DNA of 64,000 nucleotides, taken from the NCBI GenBank assembly GCA_036172245.1, contig JAYWIR010000072.1:62001-126000 (forward strand). Direction: 5' to 3'. The stretch's first letter is position 1; the number at the start of each line of letters is the position of its first letter. The notes under the pieces were generated by a model, which saw nothing but the letters and a program-made list of their open reading frames with translations, searched no databases and had not been told where the DNA came from. This stretch comes from Raillietiella orientalis (taxonomy: Eukaryota). Below, piece by piece: positions 48,351 through 61,500 of this stretch. The position numbers and the translations under genes are program-made.

Positions 48351-50725
48351 TGGCGGTGGCAGGGGGAGGCAATGTCCTACCTGCTCCCCATCCTCCATGG
48401 GGTCGGCCAGCTGCTCGGTGGCAAAGGGTGGGAAAATCCCTCCCTCCGTTCCCACGCTGCCGGATTCCCCCTCGGCTGCCGGTGCGTCCCCCTCCTTCTT
48501 CGTCAGGATGCGCCTTTTTGGATTCTTGGACTTCCACCCAGTCTTATTCGGAGGCGCCTCTGCGGGGGAAAACACTTCCGGCATCCGGGTCCTGGTCACC
48601 TATCAGAGGTGCCTTTCTTGCGGCCGGCCTTCGCAAGGCCTTTCGCCCGCCGTTCTCACGCTCCGCGAGTTCGGCCGCGAGCTCTTCCGTCGCCTGCTCG
48701 AAGGCGCCGTCCTCGATTGCGGCGAGCGCGTCGCTTGGCTCCCCTCTGTTTGCACAGAGGGTTCGCCTTCCGTGATTGCGACTCCGGCGGCAACGAGGCG
48801 GGCGATATCTCCCACGGTGGCGGTCTCGGGTACCTCCACGCGCTCCAAAGCGACCGAACATTTGCGGAGCAAAGCGCGGCGTTGCCTCCTATTCAAAGGA
48901 GTTGTCGCGGGTTCCGCTGTCGGTTCTTAGGTTTTTCGAATTTTTTTGCTTTTCGGCTCCGCCTTGTGCCATCCCTTGCTCCCTGCAGCGTCGTCGAAAT
49001 TTTCCTTGACCGGCGATTGCAGGGAGCATTGGGATTCTGGCTTTTTGCTTAGCCTTTCCTTTGACTCTGTAGGGTTATTTGTTTTCTCCACGCGTTCCCC
49101 CTTACCTTTTTTCAAGGCAGAGGGCGCTAGAGTTTCAGGCTTTCGGCACACTTTCCTGAGATTGCGATTCTCCCCGCATTGGAAACACTGGATGTGAGGG
49201 CACCTTTTTTTCAGCTGCCCTGTTGCATCACAGTGCCCACAGTGGGCACTGTGAGTCAAGAGCTCTTCCGCCGCCTGCTGGAAGGCAACCTCGTCGATAG
49301 CGGCGAGCGCGTCACGCGGTTCCCCCTCTGTTTGCACAGAGGGTTCGCCTTCCGTGATCGCGTTATCGTCGGCGTCGACGCGGGGGATATTTCCCCCGGT
49401 GGCGGTCTCGGGTACCTCCACACGCTCCAAAGCGACCGAACATTCGCGGATCAACGCGCGGCGTTGTCTCCTATTTAAAGGAGACGTCGCGGGTTCCGCT
49501 GTCGACCCTTCGGTTTTCTTAATTTTCTTGGCTTTAGGCTTCGCCTTCTGCCAGCCTTCGCTCTTTTCAGCGTCGTCGGTAGATTCCACGACCGGCGTTT
49601 GCTGCACGGGCTCAAGCTCCGGCTGTGGGTTCCGTCTCACGGGTGCCTTCGCAGGCTTTTCCGTGGCCCCCGCGCGTTTCCCTTTGGCCTTTTTCAAGGC
49701 AGCGGGAGCCAAGGGTTCGCGCTTCGGGCACACTTTGCGGAGGTGGATCTTCTCTCCACAGTGGAAACACTGGATGTGAGGGCACCGCTTTTTCAGGTGC
49801 CCTGTGGCATCACAGTGTCCACAGTACTTGGGCTTGCCCACGTACCAGACGTCGACGACCTCGTTGCCGACATCGAGTTCATGGGGCAGTTCACCGTTTT
49901 CGTGGACGGTCACGCGCTGCAGCCATGCCACTGAACAGTCTTCCGTAACTTTGGAAGATGTTCTGCCTGGTCCATACCGCGTGTACCGTACCCAATTTAC
50001 TTAATTCCTCCTTTACGCCGGTTTTTGACATGCGGAGGGATACTCCCGTATGATGCGCTACCACAAAGCGATCCTCGTTTACAGGGAAGACCATTCTGCC
50101 TTCCAGCATGAGGGGGTATTCAGCAGACGTTCAACCAGGCTTGCATCTCTGCAAGTGAGCTCCACCCGCTGGCCCTCACTGAACACTAAAAGACCTTCCA
50201 GTTCCTACTCTTTAACATCTAGTCGCTGCAATTTCCTCTCGAAATTGCAGGCAATATTACCAACAAACAGATTTCCTGCCTTGTAAATCAAGGACGGCTT
50301 GTATCCTTGTTCCAGGTAGGCGCGCTGTTCTGCTACTGCCCAGGAGATGGCGCTGCAACCACGGAGCTCCAGGTCTTTTGTCGCAGCAAACGGATCCAAT
50401 GACTCGCTTATCCTTTTTCAAGGGAACGGTTGCACCCTATTTCCCAAAGGGCCTTTACCCCTTTTTCAATGGAGCATTTGCCCTCGCTTCCGTGGGGGCA
50501 GTTGCCTCCTTTTTCAAGGTTGCCGTTGCCCCCTCCTTTTTGGGTATGGCTGCCCCCACCTGCGTGGGTTGGGAAGAGGAACAGGCCCTTCCCCTTCCGA
50601 TCTCCATCGCGGTGTACTCAGGCATTCCTGCCATGGGACACCGACGATGCACCACTCACAAACACACTAAAGAAAAAGTTTCGCAAACTTCTGCGGCAGG
50701 AGCGCAGAAAAAACACGTCCGCACG
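48351..50725 (-). mobile_element. Family H 5' end and ORF1, with the knuckle-containing segment present twice
   Basis: GGACGTG at 50714-50720 (-); GYKPSLIYKAG; CGHCDATG.LKKRCPHIQCF.CG occurs twice. Confidence 0.8.
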
Positions 50726-52200
50726 CCTCCCTGTAAGCAAGAACGCCTCCCGCGCGGGATGTATTACGACTTCTGGTTCCGGAAGGCTCTCAAGCGATCG
50801 GGGAGGAGGGCAAAAAGTTCCTCGACGAGACTTTCGCGATGAGCGAGATCATCTTGGCCATCGGCAAGCTTAAAAGGCAAAAGGCTCCAGGGGAGGACGG
50901 CCTGTCCGCGGAGTTTTCTCTAACTTTCGCAGCTGAGCTTACTCCCCCGGTACAAATCACCCTGCTCATACGCGAAACAGGTGACGTTCCCGAGTCGTTT
51001 CGTTCGGAAAAGGTGCGGCTCCTCCCTAAGGGAGGAGATCTGATGAGCATGAACAACTGGCGTTCCATCACAATAGTGAATGCGGATGCCAACTGAAATG
51101 CTAAAATTTAGGCTGAGCGCCAGGGACCGGTTTCATACGCCTCATTTAGCCCGGAACAAACATATGGTGTTCCCGAGCAAAACGTGGACGCTAACCTGTC
51201 CCACGCTTCCACTTGCTTGCATCTCCAACATGGAAGGGGCTTGATTCGCAGCCGGAATTCTGGTGAGTCCGTCAGCCATGGTTCCGATGGTCGGGTCAAA
51301 GAGCCCTTGCGGTCGCAATCGACTTGCGAAAAGCATTCGATTGCGTCGACCAGAATCTCCTTCTGGAGCTTCTGGAACTCTCGGTCTTCTTTGCTTCAAT
51401 ATTGGCCTATCTGCGCTTCAGCTGGCGCGACGCGCTAAATAATCTTACTTTCAGCGTGCAAACCGTGCATGGAGTGCCGGTACAGCGTGCGATACGGCAA
51501 AAAGACAGCCTTAGCTCCTTGCTCTTGAGTTCCAACTTTAAGTTTATACTGAGAGCGTAGAGGGAACCTCTAGCGCACTCGCCGCTCGACTGCGTCGGTA
51601 TACCTGCGCTTTCGGCATATGCGGACGACCTACTTCTGCTGCTCCCTATGTCCACCCCGGCTTCGGAGGTCGAGAAGTTCTTCGACCTCCTGAAACGAGG
51701 AACCGGGCTTACGGTGAACAGGGCGAAGTCGTCCGTGAGGCCAGTTGGTGCGGAGTGGGCAGGGCAGCAGGACTGGGCCCGTTTGGGGATCCCCACGGTG
51801 AGGTACTTTGAGTACCTTGGTGTACCATTGGGGTTCTATTCCCCTGCGGGACCGTGATCCGCCTGACTCTAGAATGTCCAGACGGCGATCGGCTTGTTAC
51901 AAGGCTGCAGGTTTTTCCTGAACGGTCTGCGGTTTGGAACACGTTCGCGGCTCGTCTCCTCTTTTCCCTACTTTTTGTTAGCGCACCCACTGAGCGAATC
52001 ATACAGCGGACGAAGGACCTCCTCATCGCCCTTTGGGGCAACGGGATGGCTCGAGTCCGCTTCAAGGCCTTGTGCGCTCCGCGTAGGAACGGTCGCCTCG
52101 GACTTCTAACATTGGAACAACTGGAGCTTTAGCTCCAGTTCCGTCTTCTGCTTGTTGTGCCGGAGTTGTGGTGCACCTGCTAGTGCGTTCCTGCGAGTCT
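50726..52200 (+). pseudogene. Degenerate ORF2 RT fragment (host of H)
   Basis: KAPGEDG, LLPKGGDL..NWRSI, RKAFDCVDQ, YADDLLLLLPM, YLGVP and GRLGLL. Confidence 0.82.
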
Positions 52201-53649
52201 CCTCGAAATTGAAAAGGAAGAACGTGCTACCTTGGTAAGCACCTTTTATGTTTGCAATTTTTAGGGAGAGTTCTAAGTCAGTAAGAGGTTGGTTTTCCTG
52301 ATTATACTTTGGAAGCGCCTCTACTTTCAAGTAGTACTGCAAGGCAAAATTCAACATTCCCGTCGCCTTGGATGACCGCTTCCAATCTACTTCCTCTTCT
52401 CTTCCATATGGGCAATCCTACCATTGTCTTTTTCGGCAATTTGCAATCCCCCCACTATGAATCCCTCTGCTGAGAATTCGATGCTGCAGAAAGTACTTCC
52501 AAAAATACCACTCCTACATTAGCAAGTCTGTTCGTTTCTCTCTTGCACAATGACATTATCCTCTCCCGTAACAATCACCTTGATGTAAAATTTCCTGTAA
52601 ACAGCGCACTTAAGTGCGTTATATCCTCCTGTAAATGGTGTGCGAGAACCATGGAGTCGAGAACACTTGGTACTCTGAAGCTGGTACTGACCTGAAACTT
52701 CATCATAAACTTCTGTTGCATACTCATGATCTTATTTGCCAAGAGTCTTATTCCACTCTAACGCTTCCTACTGAACACCATATATGTTTCAGGAATAATC
52801 GAAAGCCATCCCCTCCTTACGTCAATCCCAATCCTTCTGTTTATAAATGCTCGCACCAAAATGTTCCTCTTTTACCTCCTCCAGAGGTCCTCAAAATCAC
52901 TTGAGAAGGCACAAACAGATCCTGGGCAGAGCGCAATTGAGGTGTCTATTCTACTGCTTCTTTCGCACCAATCCTCACATCGAACAGATTCTCAGTTTTC
53001 GAAGTTCAAGAAAACGGCCTGGCATTTCTTGAACCTATTTCTGCCAGACCTCCACATTCAATAAACACTCTTAACTCAAATACTCCCAATCTTCGCCCTC
53101 TCTCATAACCGTATATATAAGGTGCCTCTTTGTAAAATTTCAAAGAACCATAAGCAACACGTCTGCTTATTCGAATGAAAGGACCTCTCCAAGCAATCCT
53201 CAATTAATAATTCCTTCGACAAAAATGATTTACAAGGAAAAAAGAAAAGCAGATATGGCACTAAAAACCAGAAATATACGACAAACACATAATATTTATA
53301 AATGACTGCATAAGATTCACAGGATTCCACAGACGATTTCATGCAAGGAAAAATACCAGAAATATAGCAAGAAAATCTACTCTACATATTGCACGAAGAA
53401 CTCAACGGAAGAGACATGCACCGCTGCAGAGATTATCAAGGGAACTCAGGGAAGACAACCATAGCCAAACATATCCACAACAAATACGATGCTTGATATC
53501 TAAATAATTTCGAAAAAGCAGACGTTTACATCATGTATTGATGACCAAAAATAGTCATAAAAGATTCAACAAAAGACATGTAAGAAATCATTAATTATGG
53601 ACTAATCGAATCAATAAAAAATGCAATACTATGATCAACAAAGTACAAA

Positions 53650-54200
53650 GGATTTGTAAGAATGTTTTGCGTTCATGGATTTTTGAAAATTTAATCCTCG
53701 GTCCCCACCAAAAAGGTTTTTCACCCTACTTCGGCGTTCTATATCAAAACTTTCTCCTTGCTTCCATGTTAGAACGCGCTAGGGTGCATCATCGAAATCT
53801 CTGTATTTGTTGGCTCGACTTCGAAGATGCCTTCGCTTCTGTTCCCCACGGCCTTATACTTTCCTCCTTGCGGCACTTTGGAATTGGTGATTACTTGCTC
53901 CCTATTATAAAGGATATGTACACTGAACATTCTAGCAGTATATGCACCGTTACAGAACTTTCTAAACCTGTTTTGATCTACGCCGGAGTTAAACAAGGTT
54001 GTCAACTCAGTGGATTATTATTCCAAATTGCTGTCAAACATTTACATGAAGTGTTTCACAACTGCATCCCTAAATTCTTCCTCTTGCCTATGCAAACGAT
54101 GCAACAAGCTACAAGCGTTCCTCGAATGTCATCTTCCCCTTTGGCAGAAATCAGATGCCATTAACAGGTTTTTTCCTTCGTTTCCTCCACCACGACTTAA
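53650..54200 (+). pseudogene. RT fragment of an RLE-type (NeSL/Utopia-like) element
   Basis: HQKGF, WLDFEDAFASVPH and GVKQGCQLSGLLF. Confidence 0.8.
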
Positions 54201-54289
54201 AAGCGCTGTTTGCCAACAATTCGAGGTGTGGGAGGCTCGTTATGGAAAGAGGCGCACGTCTTGACACTTATGTGCACTCCAAATCGACT

Positions 54290-57200
54290 GGCTATGGCAT
54301 AAGCGCAGTCAAGCGCTTTTGTGATGTCTCAGTCTTCCGCCAGGACGACGAGATCGTCGGCGTAGGGTAAAACATTTGCCCCAGGAACGCTGTTTCACAC
54401 ATACACATACGTTCCAGGAATATGTTAAAAAAAAGGCCTGATAGGGTGCAGCCTAGTTTTACTCCTCGTGTCACAGCAATAGGCGGTGTTAATCCTTCAC
54501 CAGTCACAACTAGCGTTCTGTTATCAAAGTACATTTGACAGATTAGTTCCACAATTCTACCGCCAGCACCTGCACATTGAAAGGCACTTAGGAGTTGCGG
54601 GTGTGGGATCGAGGCGAAAGCATCCTTCAGGTCGAGCCATGCAACACAGCGAGCGATAATACAGCTCGCTGTAGTCCATTTGGTGTCGGAGCATGTAGTT
54701 ATGCTCTAAGACACGGGCATACAGCAAGAAAGCTATATGATGCGGGCCTAAGATGTGTTGCTGGAATATCCACTCACGTAACCGTCGAGCAAGGTACATG
54801 GCAAATATTTTGCCTATTGTGCGGCTGATTGCAATTAAGTGCAACTGGGAAAAATTATCCAATTGCTCGGTCTGTGCTCTGGGAATGATGGTGGTACGAG
54901 GTTTCTTCCATTGGGGGGGTTGCAACGGTGAGCGAGACATATTGAATATGGCAACAAGGAACCAGCATTCTGGATCCATTCGGCGGAACGTCAAGTATGG
55001 AATTCCATCTGCTCCCGGTGCAATGATCGCATAACCGCAGGCAACTGTTGATCCCATGGGGGTCAAAGGGAGATATGTCAATAGGCTCATAGTCAGGAAC
55101 AAGTACATCGTCCCAAGAAGCAGTGCGAAAGCCCTGCTGAGCAGTGAACAGTGGAAAATTATTGCTTGGTGTCGAAGCGACTGGCACTGCACTTAACGGG
55201 AACCGTCGAGAAAGAGTACAATAGCTCAGCGACGACTCCGAAGACGGCCTTTGCAGTGATCTAAGCGACATGTTTGGTTGCGCAGAACGTGCCGAAGGCA
55301 ACACAAGTGGCGAACACCAAAAGTGCTTTGTATAAAGGCATACGTAGTGTTAAGCACAGGCATCTCTGGTCCCCACCAGTCCACGGTGAATGCTTTCGAG
55401 CTCAGAGCATCAACTATCCTCATGGTCCCATCCAGACCTATCAGTTGCGTTCTTAGATTAGTTCCCGGGATTCTAGGCGAACGAGCATGGGCAGCACAAC
55501 TTCCGGTGAAACTGAGTTCGCCTATGCGTTTTTCCCTAAATACATCCAACCGGGAACTACGGGCGGAGGACGGAACAACAGAAAATTTACTCTCACTAAA
55601 GGAAGTTATTAGCTGGCGTGAAAGCTTTGCGCGCGACGGACCAGCATCCCGAGATCTGGTTACATGCCTACTGCGGGCAGACGCCCTGCCACTCCTGAGA
55701 CGCATCAGGTGTTGTAGGTAAAGTGCAGTTAGCCGACCGGTGATGTAAAGGGCTCAAGGTGAGGAGGAGGAAGCGTAAGTTCGAACGCAGCATGGGCAGA
55801 CGACTGGTTGGTAGCGCAGATAATGCCGCCCGCTGCCCTCGCAACCATCGCATATAATTTGTTTTTTCTCAGCCCTGACGAGCGAGTCTGCCAGCGAGAG
55901 TGGTTGGCAAGAGCCTTCCGATTGCGGAAGTGCTTACCACAGTTCGGCTGAGGACAGGAGAGTGGGGCCGATTCTATAAAGCAGACTGCCCGAAAAACGC
56001 AAATGTGTATCCACACTGGGCTCGGTACGTGCATGTTGCACCGTCCGCAGATATGGAAACCACGTACCGGGATCCAATGCGTCATCATAAGATGGCGGGG
56101 CGGCGATCCTAAAGTGCTTTTGGACTGCTGGGTGGTGGTTCGCCATTCATATCTCGGCAGGAGACATGCGATATGGGTGGCAGTGCGAAGATACACATAT
56201 AGCACATCCTCAGTCAATATAACTGGAGCGGGCGGAGCGTGCGTAGCATGAGGAGTTTCCATGCTGGCTGCTTCAGGAGGCCAGACCAGCACGGTTACCT
56301 GCCGTGCAGCTGAAATGCAGTCTGTCCGCGACCAATGGCGTGACGCAGGCTAGGAGATCTGACGTGTGCAGTCACGACGGCTATCGTCAGTTGCGTTGTC
56401 TGTTTGCGCCTCGTTCAACGGTATGGTTCTTTTTGACCTCTGGAACAGGAAAATAATCGGACGAGGCTCTTTGCGCTCACCGCGTTCATTTTCAAATGCG
56501 CGTACTTATGCCAGGTGGACTGGAGAAGGAGTGGGAGGCGATTGTGGCACTATCACGGTGACATTACATCGGAGAGAGTTGTTGAAGGAGGTTTATCCCA
56601 ATTGGTGCGCAGGAGGCAATCGGAAGGGTCGAGTGTTCCCATACGGAGGAGTGTTGGCCCTCTGTGAAATGATGTTGTGGGGAAACAGAATCCAACATTG
56701 GATGGAGAAAGCGTTCCATATCTGCAGCCGAGAGTGGGGTGACTAACACTCTAGGCTGATATCAAGTGAAAACATGAGAACAGTCCTAGACGTAGACAGG
56801 CGGCCTGAGGACAGTAGGGAATAGCAAGAAAGATCCATCTATGGTGTCAGGAATCGGCGGTATTTCAACATCAAGTAGAGATGGTACAGCCGATGAGGAG
56901 TCGGAACACATGATTATGAGTTCCCTGTTAGGGGTGCTCCTCGATTGTAAGCGTAAGGTGCTCTGGTTGCAATGCGTGGCGTACCAAACCAGTTCAGAGC
57001 TTCTTGAGCAGAGTTAGCTGAGCTAGATAAATAGTCAGAAGTCGTCTTCATCCCATGGATTGGGCAAGTCAATGGATGGTCCACAGTCTTCTTAGGCATC
57101 ATTCGCATACCTGGAGGCACGGTCCACATTTAGGTGTTTTTATTTATAATGAGATTTTTGCAGTGAATGGCGTCCAAAGTAGGCGTTGCACTTCAAACAG

Positions 57201-57663
57201 CGGTATTGGATAGTGAGGAGCATTTCGGAAAGGGGCATTGTAAGGTTGTAAGATCGGTGATTGTTTAACACCTGGCTGGTGCTTTCATTCCGGTGACACT
57301 GAGAGCAAAAAAAACGTACAGACTGCAAATGAACACCGTGAATACGGTCCAAATGAGCCCTTCAGTTGTGAACACGATTACATACATCTTCCGCGGTCGT
57401 GGCAAAGGTGCAACCCGGCAAAGGCTTGGCACAGGGGCTTTGATAGCAAGCGAAATCCATATTTCTCTGTCCAATGATAGCACGCAGTGAAACGGCGGCA
57501 TAATTTCAAAATGACAAAAGACGCTACTGGAGACCATGTCTTAGCGCACGCAAGAGCTAATAAGTAGCCGCGCCCACCGAGACGACAATTATAATCGGCC
57601 TAAGGGGGCGCCATAACCTTCCTTTCCGTCTCAGTTTCTTCCTGGTGCAATCCATAGCAGCAA
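54290..57663 (-). mobile_element. RLE-type element: 5' end through part of RT, degenerate; inverted partner of 58557-63690
   Basis: Zinc-finger remnants (CSQCH, CLKC..H, CGRC, CPQPNCGKHF..ALANH); APGADGI; RGVKLGCTLSGLFFN. Confidence 0.8.
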
Positions 57664-57699
57664 CTGCGCGGGGGTCGATTCTTATCCACCGTAGCCACA

Positions 57700-58400
57700 A
57701 AGTTCAAATCGTATCATTACGACACTTCCAATCCTCGCTGTCGCTTCTCCAAGCAGCGCTTTAGAGTTTAAGGTGAACCCACACACTCAGAACCCATACA
57801 CCCATTCCACCTACAGCTACTTAAGGAAACTGGTCGGCTTCGATGCAATCCAGTCAGGCACTCGATTAAGGCATTCTCTCAAGCGTGGCGAAACTATTGG
57901 ATGAACCGCCCGCTAGTTGGCAAAAAATGGATGGCTTCAAGAAGTTTATTCATCCCTCACTCGTGCATCGGATGCGTATGGGCTCTCAACCCAAATCGTT
58001 TTGGTCTGCCCTAGACTCTCTAATCAAGAAAGCCCTAAAGAAAGAGATTCTCATCCTTAACCAGGCCTCCTTCATAAGATACCTTTATGGTACTTTTACC
58101 CGAGGTTCCCTTGGCCTCCTTTTTTGCCATAATAGGCCTATATTCTGAAAGTAGACTCTGCCCTGAAACATTTTTCTCCTTCCAGAATCCCATATTTCGG
58201 GAAATGGCGTGGGCATTCTTCTCCAAGAATGTTCGCAGAAAAGCGAAACGAGAGCTCTCGATGTCACTTGTATCAAAATATCTCAGTGGAGACTTTAATC
58301 TTCCGTTTGAGGTTTCATCGAGAGACCCAGCTAAGTACTGGTCCATGCTCCTGAAGCCACGAAAAGACTTGAAATCAAGTGGTAGGCCATAAATGGACAA
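57700..58400 (+). pseudogene. RLE-type RT C-terminal fragment lying between the inverted copies
   Basis: ASWQKMDGFKKFIHPSLVHRMRMG and YLY..RGSLGL, homologous to ~62170-62400. Confidence 0.65.
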
Positions 58401-58556
58401 ATCTCCAGTGATGTTGCTATTTTTCTGGTTTTTGTGTGAACCCTGGTGAATTTTCATTCTGTGATCCCCAACACCATACTGGACCTCTCCAATGATTCTT
58501 CTGGATTTTCCATTAAAACTGTGGCTACAGTGGAAAAAATTACACTCCCTCCCCAT

Positions 58557-61500
58557 TTGCTGCTATGGATTGAACCAGAAAGCAACTAAGACGGGAAAGG
58601 AGGCAGTGGCGTCCCTTTATGCCGATTGAATTGGTCGTCTTGGCGAGAAGGCTAATAGAATCGGCATAAGACTGAGCGCGATTACCTATTAGCTGTTGCG
58701 TGCTCTAACATGTGATCTCCCGTAGCGTCCCTCGCCATTTTCAAATTATGCCGCCGTTCCACTGCGTGTCATCAGTGTACAGGGAACTATGGACTTCGCA
58801 TGCCACTCACGCCCCTGTGTTCAGTCCTTTGCCTGGTTGAGCCTTCGCCACGACCGCGACAGATCTCCGCAATCGCTTGCCCAACTTCAAGGCTCATTTA
58901 AACCGTATTCACGGTGTACATCTTCCGTCTGCAATTCCTTTTGCTCTCAGTGTTACAAGAATGAAAGCATCAGTCAGGCGGTGAACAATCTCCTATGATA
59001 CTGCCCTCCAACGCCCCATTCCGAAATGATTCTCACTCTCCAATTTTGCTCTTGGAAGTGCAACGCCTCCTTTGGGCGCCATTTACTGCAAACATCCCAT
59101 TATAAATGAAAATACCTAAATGTGAACCACGCCTCCGGGGATGCGAATGACGACCATGAAGACTGTGCACCCTCCATTGACTTGCCCAATTCATGGGACT
59201 AAGACGACTTTTGACTCTTCATCTAGCTGAGCTGACTCTGCTCAAGAAGATCTCAACTGGTTTGGTACGCCACGCATTGGCAACCAGAGCACACCACGTC
59301 CACAATCGACGAGCACCCCTAACGGAACTCATAGTCATGTGTTCCGACTCCTCATCGGCTGTACCATCTCTACTTGATGTAGAAATACCGCCGATTTTTG
59401 ACACCATAGATGGATCTTTCTTGCTATTCCCTACTGTCCTCAGGCCGCCTGTCTACGTCTAGGACTGTTCTCATGTTTTCACTTGATATCAGCCTAGAGT
59501 GTTAGTCACCCCACTCTCGGCTGCAGATATTGAACGCTTTCTCCATCCAATGTTCGATTCTGTTTCCCCACAACATTATTTCACAGAGGGCCAAAACTCC
59601 TCCGTATGGGAACACTCGACCTCTATGGTCGCCTCTCCCAAACAGACTGGGATGGACCTCCTTCAACAACTGTCTCCGAGGTACTGAGTCACCGTGATAG
59701 TGCCACGATCGACTCCTCCTCCTTCTCCAGTTCACACGCCATACGTACGCGCAGTTGGAAATCGGCGCGGTAGGCGCTAACAACCTCGTTCAGTGATTAT
59801 AATTGGACGGTAAAAAGGAACCACACCGTTGAAAGAGACACGAACACACAACACAACTGTTGATCGGAGTCTTGACTGCACACGTTCGAGATCAGCCTGC
59901 GTCGCACCAGAGGGCTCAGACAGACTGCGTTTCAGCTGTACGGCAGGTGATCGTGCCGGTTTCACTTCTTCCTAAAACGCCCACACGGAAAGTGCTGCCA
60001 CTACGGATGCTGCGGCCGATTCAGCCGTCTTGACTGAGGACGATGTGCTCCTTGTGGATCTCCTCACTGCCCCCTAATGGCATCTCCACTGCCGAGATGT
60101 CGATGGCGAACCACCACCCAGCAGTCCAAAAGCACCTTAGGATCGCTGCGCCGCCACCTCATGATGGCTTATTGGATCCCGGTACGTGGTTTCCATCAAA
60201 TCTGCGGACGGTGCAACATGCACGTATCGAGCCCAGTGTGGATACACATTTGCGTTTTTCGGGCAGTCTGCTTTATAGAATCGGCCCCACTCTCCTGTCC
60301 TCAGTTGAACTGTGGTAAGCACTTCCGCAATCGGAAGGCTCTTGCCAACCACTCTCGCTGGCATGAATCGCTCGTCAAGGCTGAGGAAAAAAATTATATG
60401 CGAGGGTTGCGAGGACAGAGGGCGGCACCATCTGCGCTACCACCCACTCGTCTGCCCATGCTTCGTTCGAACTTTCGCTTCCTCCTCCTCACCATGAGCC
60501 CTTTAGATCACCGGTCGGCTAACTGGACTTCACCTACAACACCTGATGCGTCTCAGGAGTGGCAGGGCGTCCACCCGCAGTAGGCATGTAACCAGATTTC
60601 GGGATGCTGGACCGTCGCGCGCAAAGTTTTCACGCCAGCGAATAACTTTCTGCAGTGAGAGTGAATTTCTTATTGCACGCGACAGCAGTGCTGCCCCTGC
60701 TCGCTCACGCATGCATCCTCCCGAAACATCTGCATCCAGAAACAGAAACTACTGGCAGAACTCAATCGAAAGCGCTGGAAGAGTCCACCTGGCTACTAGA
60801 AGCTCTCAGCTCGCAAGCGCTCACGGTAGGTAGGTGGGGCTTAGCGATACGTGCGCTCAACAACGCAAATGGCACTATACAGAGCGCTTTGGGTCCTCGC
60901 CGTTTTGTCGTCCCAGAGGCTCGCACAAGACGAGCTACCATGTCTCCAAGATTCCACGAAATATTATGTAATCGTGACCTCTGTCCAGCTACTACGCTCC
61001 TCCTTGAAGGTCCCTCATTAAAGTGCCATGCTAATTGGCAGGAAGGCGAGGCTTAGTTTCTCTAACTTTTTGCAGTTACGCCTGGCTTCCGACCTATCAG
61101 TAGAAACTCCACCGTTGGCTCGGACTGCGAACAGGTGGACATGTTTTCTTTTGCTCCTCAAGAAATCGCCAGCTGCCTTATGCTTTTACGAGTACACTGC
61201 GCCAGGCTCTGACGAAATCTCTTATACGGCATTCTCTTTCCTTGATCCTCAGTGCCGCTTTCTGGAGGCTATATTTAACCTTTGCCTTGCCCGTCGTCGT
61301 ATTCTGCCGGAGTGGCAGGAGTCCCGGACATCCCTCATTCCGAAGGCACAAGCTGATCAGTCGGATGTCCCCTCTCAATTCCCTTCAATTACTATCAGGA
61401 GGACAATTGGAAAAACTTTCTCCAAGTGCCTCGCCTGGTGTTTACTTGTGTGGATCTTTCATAATAAAATCCTTGACCCGCACCAAAAAGGATTCTTGCC

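Noticed and set aside
48341..48375. A-family 5' end as further support for the RGFG target
   Set aside because: It abuts the same-strand ORF1 tail of H, not RGFG. It is a counter-example or a deletion joint.
50400..50560. Short imperfect repeats (ATLKK/APLKK-like) in the H ORF1 N-terminus
   Set aside because: Ordinary low-complexity expansion in a variable region.
52200..53640. AT-rich stretch as a host gene or a definable element
   Set aside because: Only faint hints on the minus strand (EYL, EGLGL) of a decayed RT C-terminus; too weak to call.
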